Shown here one piece after another: positions 40,417 through 54,120 of a stretch of DNA of 64,000 nt (its first letter is position 1; each line of letters begins with the position of its first letter). Location of the stretch: NCBI RefSeq assembly GCF_006345805.1, contig NC_043022.1:22878001-22942000 (forward strand), read 5' to 3'. A program made the translations under genes and the position numbers. The stretch comes from Octopus sinensis (taxonomy: Eukaryota). Below the pieces are notes generated by a model. It saw only the letters and a program-made list of their open reading frames with translations. It ran no database searches and was not told the origin of the DNA.

Positions 40417-42844
40417 GTAAGTATTTTATCTGCTAACATCATTCATTAAGCAATATTAATTATCACTTGTTCTGTCCAAATCCCCAGAGGGAATATTCAC
40501 TTAATAGCAGCACAGCTAGCTTGAACTTATAATCTCTATTGTGTTCAACTTGAGGTTCACCACTTTAAACTGATAGAGTGTAACACATTTGCAGACTCTT
40601 GCATGTGTATGTGTGTATTTGTATTTTAGCGATGTGTAAGGAGGATCCAGTAAATATTGTGTATGTGTTTATGTACTGAAATGTATGCATCGAGAGGATG
40701 TGATAATTACTGTGTTTTTGTTTGTGTGCTTGTGTGTGAGGAAGCATGTAGAGATGCTAATCTGTGTTAGTGTGGTTAGTTATGAGCGTAACGAGGTTCT
40801 ATTGAATATTCTTTTATTTTATACTTTTACTTGTTTCAGTCATTTGTGGAAATTTTTAGTTGAACTAATTGACCCCAGTACTTATTCTTTTTTTTTTTGA
40901 AAGCTGGTACTTATTCAATCAGTCTCTTTCGCCAAACTGCTAAGTTAGAATGGGGTATTGACTGACCCCTTTTTCCTGAAATTGTTGGCCTTGTGCCAAA
41001 ATTTGAAATTATCATCATTATCATTTGCTGCTGCTGCTGCTGCTGTTGTTGTTGTTGTTGTTATTATTATTATTAAGGTGGCAAGCTAGTAGGGTTGTTA
41101 CTGCACAAATCAAATACTTAGCAGCACTTCTTCAACTTTGTACTCTCAGTTCAAATACCCTTGAAGTCAACTTTGCTTTTCATCCCTCCAGGGTCAATAA
41201 AATAAGTCTCATTTAAGTACTTTGGTCAATATAATCAACTATCCACCCTCCCCAGTATTTCAGATCTTACACCTATTGTAGAAAGGGTTATCCTCTCTGA
41301 GTTGATAAAATAAGCACCAGTTAATCCTTGGGGGCTAATGTAATCAATTAACCCTTTACCCCTAAAATTGCTAGCCTTATGCCAAAATTTATCATTATCA
41401 TCAATAAAAGAAATCATTATTATTTCATGCACATGTATGTATGTATGTATGTATGTCAAGATTAATCAGCCGAAATTGCGAGGATGATCCGGTTCTTGAC
41501 TGAAGATTAGAGGCTTCAAATGACCCGTCCGTTTTTTGTGTCGTCTATTTGAGTGTTTCACGTTCTTGTCCCATTTTGTATTTTTATATATATCTTTTAT
41601 ACGTATATTATTGTGGCGTAACGTACAACTTGTTCTCTTCTATGTATGTATATATATGTCTATAGTGTATATGTATGTATGTGATAATGTTTGTGTCTCC
41701 TTGTCTTGACATCTGGTGGTAGTCGTAAATGAGTGTCACTGTCATATAAGCGGTCTCATTCCTTTCTGATATTCTGTGAGAACACACCAGAACATAGAGA
41801 ACTATTATTTAACTTGTATACAGGCAAGGATTGGTGACAGGAAGGGCATCTGGCTATTGAAAATCTTCCTCAATGAATTCTGTCTGGCTTACGCAAGTGT
41901 GGAAAAATGGACAGACATAAAATGATCATGATACATCTGTCTGTCTGCCTGCTTGCCTGCCTGCCTATCTATCTATCTATCTATCTGTCTGTCTGTCTGT
42001 CTATCGATCTACCTGTCTGCCTGTCTATCTATCTATCTACCTAGCTATCTATCTATATATCTATCTATCTCTCAACTTATCTATTCATCCAACTATCTAT
42101 CTCTCTGTCTCTCTATCTGATACACGATCCCTATTGATCGTTTTTTTCTTTCTTTTTTCCGCCCTTTCTACGATCCCTTTTGATCAAAAACCTACCCCAC
42201 TTTCTTTTTTCTCCCCAAAAAGAAAAGCTCTACTTTGTAATTTGTCCCGTCTGTGTACAGCCCTGTGTGGCTAATAAAGAAACATATCTAGCTAGCTATC
42301 TCTCTTACTATCTGTGTGTCTGTCTAGCTAGCTAGGTAGCTATCTGTCTATCTATCTATCTATCTTTCTATCTATCTACTTACCTATTTCTTTACTACCC
42401 ACAAGGGGTTAGTTAAACACAGAGGGGACAAGCAAGGACAGACAAACGGATTAAGTAGATTATATCGACCCCAGTGCATAACTGGTACATATTTAATCGA
42501 CCCTGAAAGGATGAAAGGCAAAGTTGACCTCGGCAGAATTTGAACTCAGAACGTAGTGGCAGATGAAATACCGCTCAGCATTTCGCCCGGCGTGCTAACG
42601 TCTCTGCCAGCTCACTGCCTTCTATCTACTTACCAACTAACATAACTATTCATCCAGCTATCTATCTGTTTATCTATCTATCTAGCTAGCTATCTGTCTC
42701 TCTTTCTATCTGTCTGTCTGTCTAGCTAGCTAGGTAGCTTTCTGTTTCTCTATCTATCTACTTAGCAGCCAACCTATTTATTCATCTATCTATCTACCTG
42801 CCTGTCTGTCTGTCTATCTATATGTCTGTCTGTTTGACTGTCTG

Positions 42845-42883
<39 letters not shown>

Positions 42884-43067
42884 GTCTGTCTATGTATGTA
42901 CTTATATATGTATGTATGTATGTATCTATCTTTCTATCTGTCTGTTTATGTATGTATGTGTGTATGTATGTATATGTGTATGCATATATGTGTGTTTGTA
43001 AGTTTATTTATCTCTGGCAGAAAGATAAACAACAATGGTGGACTATCACTGGAAATAATATTGTCCA

Positions 43068-43529
43068 ATGAATTCATGCAGCAAAAACATAATTCATCAT
43101 GTCTCCCATCTTGTAAAACTGTTGTTGTTGTTAATAATAGTATTAGTGGTATTAATAGCAATGGTTTGTGTTGAGGCCTGGGAAGCTGATCCAAACAAAC
43201 GTGCAGTTTTGCTGTTACTTTATGAAGTAATTTATATTATCCACAAGTCAGTTCAGTTCCCATGGCTGCAGTCACAACAGCACCGTGCTGTTGCTAAGCT
43301 CCGAGACAACAGTGTCCAGATTATTACCAAAACTAACACATGCCAATCTGTAAGACTATTTAATAAGGCTTCAAACATGCCAGGCTGCAGTGGTAATGTG
43401 ATGCCATGCATGACGTCACATGATTGGTTCCGGAAGGTTAATCACAATGAAATAACACCAGTCAATGCGTTTCCTCCATGTCTGTTAAGCAACTCGGGTG
43501 GATTTGGAGAAATGTTTACAGTGCAGTAG
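43068..43529 (+). CDS. 153-aa ORF with a signal-peptide-like N-terminus; product unknown
   Basis: Acceptor tttatctctggcag| at 43020/43021. Reads MNSCSKN...LLLLLIIVLVVLIAMVCVEA/WEADPNKR. Longest ORF in the window not explained by repeats. The true exon may end earlier (donor-like GAA|GTAATT). Confidence 0.35.
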   Translation: MNSCSKNIIHHVSHLVKLLLLLIIVLVVLIAMVCVEAWEADPNKRAVLLLLYEVIYIIHKSVQFPWLQSQQHRAVAKLRDNSVQIITKTNTCQSVRLFNKASNMPGCSGNVMPCMTSHDWFRKVNHNEITPVNAFPPCLLSNSGGFGEMFTVQ

Positions 43530-45254
43530 TAAGGGTTTGAAGGGGTCAGGTTTAGTTGTCCCCCTGTGTTAAATGAACCGGATGCAAATACCTGTTCTGT
43601 AACTTGTGTTTGCATCAACTGTTCCAACTTTTAATGATAAACTTCAGTTTAATGATAAACTGAAGCCAGGTGAACTTAGGCATTTTAGAATGGAAGTGTG
43701 TGTATGCATTTATGTGTGTGTGTGTGTATGTGTTTATGTATATGTAAATATAACGTACATGTATGTGTGTGTGTATATATATATATATATACACACACAC
43801 ACATGTATACATGTATATAATACATACATATGTTAGTGTGCATATATATGCACATGTATATCATTACTATATATATATAAGCATAGGAGTGGCTGTGTGG
43901 TAAGTAGCTTGCTTACCAACCACATGGTTACAGGTTCAGTCCCACTGCGTGGCACCTTGGGCAAGTGTCTTTTACTATAGCCTCGGGCCAACCAAAGCCT
44001 TGTGAGTGGATTTGGTAAATGGAAACTGAAAGAAGCCCATCGTATATATGTATGTGTGTATGTGTTTGTATATCTGTGTTTGTACCTCCAACATCACTTG
44101 ACAACCAATGCTGTTGTGTTTACATCCCCATAACTTAGCAGTTCAGCAAAAGACACCAATAGCATAAGTACTAAGCTTACAAAAGAATAAGTCCTGGGGT
44201 TGATTTGTTCGACTAAAGGCGGTGCTCCAGCATGGCCACAGTCAAATTACTGAAACAAGTAAAAGAATAAAAGAATATATATATGTGTGTGTGCATATAT
44301 ATTACATAAATTCTAATATAAAATCATATACATGTGTGCATATACATACATACATATATATATGTAATGTATAATATATAAATTGTAATATAAGATCACA
44401 CACACACACACACATACATACATACATATGGTATAGAGAAAGATATATTCTGTAGTGAAAAAAAAATAACATATTTTGAGATGAAAATTAATTTTCCAAA
44501 AGCAACATGATGATGTATACAAAGTATTACTCATCAAGAATTTCATAAAAAGATATTTATTCCAAAATGTACTTCGATGAACTCTATTCAGACACCCAAA
44601 CTACGACAGGTCACGCAAACATGTTCGCTGAATATCTGATGTCTTTTGTCTCCTCAGACTGTTGAATATTAAACTAATGAAGCTAGCTGTGTGTTACATA
44701 AAACATAGAATCATTGACTTAACTCTTTCATTGCCATATCAATAACAAGAATAGATTGCTTATTAAATGTCTAAACGTCTGAAATGTGTTGTCAATAAGA
44801 TTAGATTTTCCGGATTATTAACTTTCTCTTTAAAGAAGAAAAGATTATTTAATATTTACATCTTCGTAGCCTTCCATTGAACTCTGTATCTGATTATTAT
44901 TGAATTCCTCGGTGTATATATGGTAACAGATGGATTAGAATGAATCATATCTGAATATATATTTATGATATTTGCATCTACTCAAAGATTTCACTGAGTT
45001 TCATCTTTGTTCTCAGGTCTCTTATTCCTAAGATGTCCACATAATACCAAACTGGATCAGAACTAGTTCTCTTTACAGTATCTATTTACAATATTTGCAT
45101 CTACACATCATTTCCATCAGTTTCATCTCTGCTAGATCGTCATCCATTGCTATGCTGCCAGTAAACATTTCTTATTCATGCAAGTACCTTCACAATAAAA
45201 TAAGTATCATTTAAGTACTTGGATCGATGTAATCAACTATTCACCCTCCCCAAT

Positions 45255-45285
<31 letters not shown>

Positions 45286-45608
45286 GTCTTTTTTTTTTAA
45301 ATCTGTGTTGTATTGTGTTGACAGACTCTTACACTTAAAATTCCAATGTTTTAAACCAAAACTTGTTACTTACTAAGGTGACAGCACCACCTCTTCATGT
45401 CTTTCACACACACACACACACTCTCTCTCTCTCTCTCTCTCGCTGTATTTATCTCTCAATAACTTTTTCTCCTCTCCTTTTTCCCTCTCTCTACAAAGAC
45501 ATTGTTATCAACAGACAGAAGGAGAATAACTTCTCTGTAAAATTTGTTACAGATGTCTTATTCCTAAGACATCATATTGAAGTGGGGATAAATATTATCT
45601 CTCAGTAT

Positions 45609-46250
45609 TAATACTGCCTCTGTTGTTAATAAGCTCACTGGATAATCACAACACCAGCTCCTATTCTGGCATTGTTATTCTATATATTGCTGGTGGGTAG
45701 TTAAATTGCTGCTGTTTCTAGCGGTCAAGCATCCATCATTGACACGACCAAGGAAGGTTGGAATCATATGATCTGGTTGTCTTGGCTCAGGAAGTGATAA
45801 AGATTTATCTTCCCATTATTGATATAGACAAAAGTGCATTTTGCATAAATAGTCAATATGAAAGTTTCTCTCATTATATCTACTGCAGTATGGTTTGTCC
45901 TAATAAAACATCCACGTTTAAGTAGGGAGAAATATTACCTCTTGTTATTAATACTGCCTCTGTTGCTAATAAATATTTAACAAGCTCACCGGCTAATTGC
46001 AACACCAGTACCCATTCTGGCACTGTTATTCTATATATTGCTAGTGGAGAGTTGAATTGCTGCTATCTCTAACAGTTAAACATCAAGCATCCATTATTAA
46101 CAAGACCAAACAAGGTAAAAATCACATGATCTGGGAGTCTTGGCACCTGAGGGGGAAGGGATTTGTCTTCCTGTTAGTGATATGAACAAGAGTGAATTTG
46201 GCACCAAAAGCCGATGCTAGAATTTCTCTTGTTATATTTACCACAGTATA
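45609..46250. repeat. Diverged tandem duplication, 340-bp period
   Basis: Units start TAATACTGCCTCTGTTG at 45609 and 45949. A partial third copy lies at about 46520-46555. Confidence 0.85.
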
Positions 46251-47639
46251 GTTTTTTCTTTATGTAGTGGGTAGCGATTTTCTTCACTACTTCAGGGAGT
46301 GACAACCCTGCCTGACACGAGTCCCAGGCTCAGCTGGCTCTAGCCCAGTATCAGCCCCTATCCAGGGTTATGGACAAATTAAATTTAAATGTTGAAGTGA
46401 ATCTAACGGTTTTTGTGTGCTTCTTAAATGGCTTATAAACACCTTCCATGCTGCAATTGTTTTTGTTTCAGCACATGATCTCAGATCAGGTCACATGCTA
46501 TGCAAGTACATCTCCGTAATTCACATTTAAGCAGGGATAAATATTACCTCTCTCAACAGTATCCAGAGTGGAGCCTCGTAGGCGGTTTAGTGTTCAACTT
46601 GACACTCTTCTGGCAGCTCCTGCAACCAAGCTGGTGCCAAACGTAATGCTCTGCACTCCTTTGGACTACATCAGCAAGGTCGAGAGAGGAATCCTGACAA
46701 TTGGGCTACCCAGGATTTTCTTACATCTAGCCCAAGCCTGTGCAAAACTGGAGAGGACACGAAATGTAAAAAACAGACTTGATTAGTTTATGCACAACTC
46801 CATTGCCTCCTGAGGCAAAAGGATGCCAACAACATAGTTTTTTCTAATAGAACATTCACATTTACAGCGTGGAAGGTGTTTATAAGCCATTTAACAAACA
46901 CACAAAAACCGTTAGATTCCCTTCAACATTTAAATTTAATTTGTCATGGAATTTTGTCAGTGAACAGGTCACAGTCTTAAAGCAACAAAAATATTTTGAA
47001 TCCAGCGTGGAAAACGGATGCTAAATGGTGATGATGATGTTGATGGTGGTTTGGATGTAGTGGAGAAGTGTGCCTTCTCATGCCAGCCAGGTCGAGTGAG
47101 CCTTTTGAGTATTAAATACCTTGATCATTGGCAGCCAAATTTCAGTGTTGAGCGTCAAGCCCCAACATCTTTAGCTTGACAGCTCCAGCTAAAGTTAAGA
47201 TTGTGATCACCATTGTATTATGGGATCATAATGGTGCCTGTGTGTGTATGTCTGTGAGAGAGAGAGAGAGACAAGCAGAGGTAAGGGAAGGAGAGAGGGG
47301 TGATGAGAGAGGGAAGGAGAGGAAGGCAGGGTGAGGTAAAGAAAGGAGGGAGAAGAGAGGGAAACAAGGTGAGGTAAAGAAAGGAAGCAGAGGGAGGGAG
47401 AAGGGTTTTGATTCTCATTTGAAATAAAAGATGAAATTTGTCTCCAAATCACGAAGAGATGTTTGGGAAGATTTCCAAGGCTAACGTTTATTATCTTTGG
47501 ATGACCTTTCCTGTTTTATGCATATGTGTGTGGCAGTTTGTGTGCGCTTGTTGTGTACATGTATGTCAGTTACAGCTTAAATATGCATGTGTATGCATAC
47601 ACACACACATCTGTGTATGCACACATGCGCATATTCAAA

Positions 47640-47646
47640 CAGCAAT

Positions 47647-47688
<42 letters not shown>

Positions 47689-47839
47689 TTATATATATAT
47701 ATATATATGCACATATCTCTCTACCTGTATATATATATATATATGAATATGTGTGTATATATATATACATATATATATATATGAATTTGTATGTATGTAT
47801 GTATATATATATATATATGAATTTGTATGTATGTATGTA

Positions 47840-47902
<63 letters not shown>

Positions 47903-47991
47903 GAATTTGTGTGTATATATATATACATATATATATATATGAATTTGTATGTATGTATGTATATATATATATATATGAATTTGTATGTATG

Positions 47992-48062
<71 letters not shown>

Positions 48063-48110
48063 GAATTTGTGTGTATATATATATATGAATTTGTGTGTAT
48101 GTTTCTGTGT
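47640..48110. repeat. (TA)/(TG) microsatellite with higher-order unit GAATTTGTATGTATGTATG(TA)n
   Basis: The GAATTTGT anchor recurs several times within the TA array. Confidence 0.9.
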
Positions 48111-48451
48111 GTGCGTATGTGTGTCTGTGGCTGTTCACTTCTGCTGAAGATGCTACAAAAGGGAATAGAGCAAGAAAATTAATATGCACGCTGCGTTGAG
48201 TAAGGAAGAAACCATTTGTGTCTTCTTGTATGCCACTGTATAGCCGTGTGTAGCTGTTAGCAATGTGTGTGTATGAGTTTGTGTGGCTGTATATGTTGTG
48301 TTTATTGTGTGTTGTTGTTTAGTCCCTGGTGAACCCCCAGAAAGTAGACGTATGTTCAAAAGCTCTCCAACCATGAACATCCAGTATTCTTTTTCAAAGA
48401 TATCATATTTAGAATAACATTATCCAACATATCCATAAGTCTTTTTAAGAC

Positions 48452-49205
48452 GATAGGGTGTGACTTCAATGAGACTTGACTGCCATTTCTAGCATACGAT
48501 TTTCCATGTAGAGGCTACCTTGTGAAAGAGTATGATTTCAGTGAGATTTGGTTGCCATTTCAAGAAGACTGTTTTTCCGTGTAGAGGTTATTTAGTTGTG
48601 ATAGGATGTGACTTCAATGAGATTTGACTGCCACCTCTAGCAAACTGTTTTTCCATGTTGAAGCTACGTTGTTATGATAAAGTGTGACTTCAATGAGATT
48701 TGACTGTGACAATGTAACTTCAATAAGATTTGACTGCTATTTCTAGCTGGCCATTCTACCATGTAATTAGTTTTCCCGTTATGGTAGGTTGTGACTTCAA
48801 TGAGATTCAAGTACCATTTCTAGCAGACCGTTCTACCATGGCCAGTTTGCTTGGTTGTGATAGGGTGTGACTGCTATTTCAAGCAGACCGTTTTTCCATA
48901 AAGAAGCTGCTTTGATATGATAAGGTGTGACTTCAATGAAATTTGACTGCCATTTCTAGTAGACTGTTCTATCATATACAGTTTGCTTTGTTGTGATAGG
49001 ACATGACTGCTACTTCAAGCTGACCGTTTTTCCATGAAGAAGCTGCTTTGATATGATAAGGTGTGACTTCAATGAAATTTGACTGCCATTTCTAGCAGAC
49101 TGTTCTACCATCTACAGTTTGCTTTGTTGCGATAGGGTGGAGATTTAACGAGATTTGACTACCATTTCTAGCAAACTGTTCGACCACGTAGTGGTTTCCT
49201 TGTTG
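48452..49205. repeat. Minisatellite, about 76-bp unit with a 136-bp higher-order dimer
   Basis: Unit GATAGGGTGTGACTTCAATGAGATTTGACTGCCATTTCTAGC.... Unit starts at 48859, 48919, 48995, 49055 and 49131 give 60/76/60/76. Confidence 0.9.
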
Positions 49206-52200
49206 TGTCAAATGATGTATAAATGCTGGAAGATGTTGGCAACAGGGACAACAACAGCTGATGATGAAGTCAAGAGACAATAAATTCACCAACAAAGGAC
49301 AACTGGGCTGAATGAAAAAGAAGAAAAGGTTTCTTTGTGTAGGAGGGGCAGAGAGAGAGAGGGGGTGGGACAGATTGTCAAAGTGACAGCAGAAGGAGGA
49401 AAGAAAAGAGTGACAGTATAAGGCAAAAAATAAAATAAAAAAGACGCTAGAGCTGGTCCATGTGACTGCAATCACCATGAATGGAATATCAATGGGTGTG
49501 TACTATCTAGGATATGTAAATAAAGGGAGGGGGAGGATAGTAAATGAGCAACACCCCCATTTCAACTACTCTCCCTCACCTCCTTGATTGAAAGGAGCAG
49601 TGATGGTGGAGGTGTTGTTGGCCAGAGTAGATGGGTGGGGCTGTAACAACTGTTTATTGTTAAATCATTATCAAATGTTATTCACTGTATGTGTAACTGT
49701 AGATGTATTTGAGTGTGTGTGTATATATATATATATATATCATCATCATCATCATCATTGTTTAACGTCTGCTTTCCATGCTGGCATGGGTTGGTTGGTT
49801 TGGCTGAGGACTAGTGAGCCAGAGGCTGCACCAGGCTCAATCTGATCTGGTAAAGTTCCTACAGCTGGATGCCCTTCCTGATGCCAACCACTCCAAGAGT
49901 GTAGTGGGCGCTTTTATGTGACACCAGCACGAGGGCCAGTCAGGTGGTTCTGGCAACGACCGCGCTCAAAAGGTGTTTTTTACATGCTATCAAAGGAAAA
50001 AAATGACCATCCCGAAATATAACAATGTCTGTTTCAACACATGGTTTCTTATCAGGATTATTGCAAAACATATTCATAAACATATATGGTGCCGGCACAG
50101 CTGTGTGGTGAGAAGTTTGCTTCCCAACCACATAGTTCCAGGTTCAGTCCCACTGCATGACACCTTGGGCAAATGTCTTCTGTTATAGCTCGAGTTGACC
50201 AAAGCCTTATGATTGAATTTGGTAGGCAGAAACTGAAAGGAGCCTGTTGTATATGTGTGTATTGTGTGTGTGTGTGTGTTTGTCCAGCACCGTTGCTTGA
50301 CAACTAGTTTTTTTGTGTTTACATCCCCATAACTTAACAGTTTGGTATAACAGACCAATAGAATATATACCAGGCTTTCATATAAATAGGTTCTGGGGTC
50401 GATTTACTTGACTAAAATGCTTCATGGCAGTGCCCCAGCATGTCAAGGCCAAATAAGAGATGTACATACACGTATATAAGCTGGTATATATATATATATA
50501 TATGTATATGTATAGATGTATACATATGTATGTATAGATGTATGTATGGATGGCGAGCTGGCAGACACGTTAGCACGCCGGGTGAAATGCTTAGCGGCAT
50601 TTCGTCTGTCATTACGTTCTGAGTTCAAATTCTGCCGAGGTCAACTTTGCCTTTCATCCTTTCGGGGTCGATAAATAAAGTACCAGTTTCGCACTGGGGG
50701 CGATATAATCGACTCAATCCCTTCGTCTGTCCTTGTTGTCCCCTCTATGTTTAGCCCCTTCTGGGCAGTAAAGAAAAATTAAGAAATATATATGTATGTA
50801 TGTATCGATGTCTATGTGTATATATGTATGGATGCATGTATATCTGTGTATAGATGCATATGTATGGATATATATATATATATATGTATGAATGTATAAA
50901 TATCTATATATGTATGGATGTATATATATTTGAGTGTGTATATATATGTGTGTGGATATATATTATGTATGTATAAGTTTATATATATAAATATATGTTT
51001 GTGTATGTATATGTGTGTATATTATGTAGGTAGGCTGTGTTCTCTTGAAGCACATCTGCCTATTCCAGTGTTTACAATCCAGTATGTGAGTGGTTGTCAT
51101 TGTCGTATTTATGTGAGATACATATAAGAGTTGAACATTTTGGATATATTCTTTGCAGAGTTATTCTATCTGGAATTTTTTGTTGTTGTTATTTATTCAC
51201 CATCACACATATTTCATTTGATAATAGGAATCGCAAAGTTGCACATGTTGGATAAACATGTAAGAAATTTCCAATTAGAAACTCTTCAGACAGATACATG
51301 TATGTTATTTGTTTCTCTGTCTGAAAGATTTCTAATAGAAAAATTTCTCACATATTTTCCCAACATATACAATTTGGAAACAACCCTTCTGTTGGTCAGC
51401 TCCTGTCAAACTGTCCAACCCATGGAAAGCAGATGCTGAACGATGATGATGACAATATATAATAATAATGATGCAGTACCGGGCAGTGGCTCTCATGGCT
51501 TCTGATCTTAACTGATTGGAAGTGTTATCATGTACATTGTTTTGTCTTGGTACAAAAGAAGGGCTACAGCAAATATTCTGCTCAATACCACAGATTTGCC
51601 TATCAGTTGTTTGACCTAAACCAGTTGAGCATGTCCCTGAGTGGCTGACGATATGTGCATCTCTGATCACGAGCAGAAGTAGTGGGGGAGCATCTTGGCC
51701 ATGTGTTGAGAGGAATTCTTAGAGGTTTGGATAATTCACCTCAGGAAACATGGATGTTTCATTCACCATCCTTAAACAACCCTTAATCAGGGACCTTTTG
51801 AGTGGGATGGATTACCCGACCAGAAGAAAACGCTAACTGGGCCCCACCTGCAAGGTCATGTGCTGTTCATCTTGTTATGAGATCACCATGTTGCGCACAT
51901 ATCGTTGTGATGCATGTGCCTTGTGCTACTCTTATCAGATGGGTAGTCATGATGGGTATACTGGGCTTCATATATTTTACCCCAGTGTCACTTTGATGGC
52001 ATGCACTGCTCTCTCACTCAATAATAATCATCATCATCATCATCATCATTTTCGTCATTTAATGTCCACTTTCCATGCTAGCATGGGTTGGACGGTTTGA
52101 CTGTGGGTTGGCGAACCAGATGGCTGCACCAAGCTCCAGTCTTGATCTGGCAGAGTTTCTACAGCTAGATGCCCTTCCTAACGCCAATAATAATAATAAT

Positions 52201-52485
52201 AAGGATTCTTGAAAGAATCGGGTACTTAAATGATATGCACCAGGTAGTGTTGGATTAACCTGTGGTCACCACTTATGGTCGATTAAATATCCAGTAGAAT
52301 ATTCAAGTTGTGCACACGAAGAAAACCACCCCCTACAAGTATTTAGCACCTAGGGGCTGGTCCAAAGCACACATTGTGTTGATCATACGTTGTTTGGTAT
52401 AGTATACGATGGATAAATGTCAGTTCATATGAACTGACATTTATCCATTGTCTGTTATTAATCTTTTTGCTTATATATATGTATG

Positions 52486-52555
<70 letters not shown>

Positions 52556-52908
52556 CATGTGATCACGTGACCGACCAGGCTATCAGATGTTGCTACACAT
52601 CGTTGGTCACAATGCACTTCATATTGTTTTACCCTTCAAATGATGCCACCACTCTGGCTAAGCAAGCAGGCCAACTGAAGGAAGAGTGAGAGAAAGTTGC
52701 GGCGAAGGAGTACAGCAGGGATCGCCACCATCCCCTGCCGGGGCCTCGTGGAACCTCAGGTGTTTTCGCTCAATAAACACTCACAACACCCGGTCTGGGA
52801 ATCGAAACCGTGATCCTACGACCGCGAGTCCACTGCCCTAACCACTGGGCCATTGCGCCTCCACACACATATATATATATAGAGAGAGAGGGAGATGCAG
52901 CATGGAAT

Positions 52909-52959
52909 TTTGAGAGTGAACAGGTCGCGGTCTCAAAGCGACGAAAATATTTTGGCAAA
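52909..52959 (+). ncRNA. Hammerhead-like motif with G3:C8 core variant (second copy)
   Basis: GTGAACA-g-GTCGC[ggtctcaaa]GCGAC-GAA-AATATT-T-tggcaaa. Stem I is partly decayed. Confidence 0.45.
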
Positions 52960-53242
52960 TTAAATTTAAATGTTGAAGTGAATCTAACGTTTTTTGCGTG
53001 TTTCTTAAATGGCTTATAAAAACCTTCCACACTGCAATTGTTATATATATATATATATATACATGTGTAGTTTACTATGCAAAAAGTGGTTGGTGTTAGG
53101 AAGGTCATCCAGCCGTAAAACCCATGCTAAAGCAGAAAGTAGAGCTTGGCACAATTCTCTGACTTAGCAGCTCCTGTCAACCCATGCCAGCTTCGATGAA
53201 GGATGTTAAATGATGATGATTTTATATATATATATATATACA

Positions 53243-53426
53243 GGCGCAGGAGTGGCTGTGTGGTAAGTAGCTATAGGAGTGGCTGTGTGGTAAGTAGCTT
53301 GCTTACCAACTGCATGGTTCTGGGTTCAGTCCCACTGCGTGGCACTTTGGGCAAGTGAATTCTACTATAGCCTTGGGCCGACCAAGTGAGTGTATTTGGT
53401 AGACAGAAACTGAAAGAAGCCTGTCG

Positions 53427-53469
<43 letters not shown>

Positions 53470-53906
53470 ATGTTTGTGTGTCAGTATTTGTCCCCCAACA
53501 TCGCTTGACAACCAATGGTGGTGTGTTTATGTCCCTGTAACTTAGTGGTTCGGCAAAAGAGACCAATAGAATAAATACTGGGCTTACAATAATAAGTCCT
53601 GGGATCGATTTGCTCGACTGAAGGCGGTGCCCCAGCATTGCCACAGTCAAATGACTGAAACAAGTAAAAGAATAAAAGAATATATATATATAGTCTTTAC
53701 TCTTTTACTTGTTTCAATCATTTGACTGCAGCCATGCTGGAGCACCGCCTTTAATCAAGCAACTCGACCCCGGGACTTATTCTTTTGTAAGCCAAGTACT
53801 TATTCTATTGGTCTCTTTTGCCGAACCGCTAATTGACAGACACACAAACACACCAGCATCGGTTGTCATGCAATGTTGGGGGGGGGGGACAAACACAGAC
53901 ACACAA

Positions 53907-53955
<49 letters not shown>

Positions 53956-54120
53956 TACGACAGGCTTCTTTCAGTTTCCGTCTACCAAATCCACTCACAA
54001 GGCTTTGGTCGGCCCAAGGCTATAGTGGAAGACACTTGCCCAAGGTGCCATGCAGTGGGACTGAACCCGGAACCATGTGGTTGGTAAACAAGCTACTTAC
54101 CACACAGCCACTCCTGCGCC
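53243..54120. mobile_element. Tail-to-tail inverted pair of family B SINEs
   Basis: A + copy at about 53243-53678 and a - copy at about 53694-54120, separated by a short (TA)n. Confidence 0.85.

Noticed and set aside
48452-49205. Repeat array as CRISPR-like
   Set aside because: Units are diverged tandem copies without unique spacers, in eukaryotic DNA.
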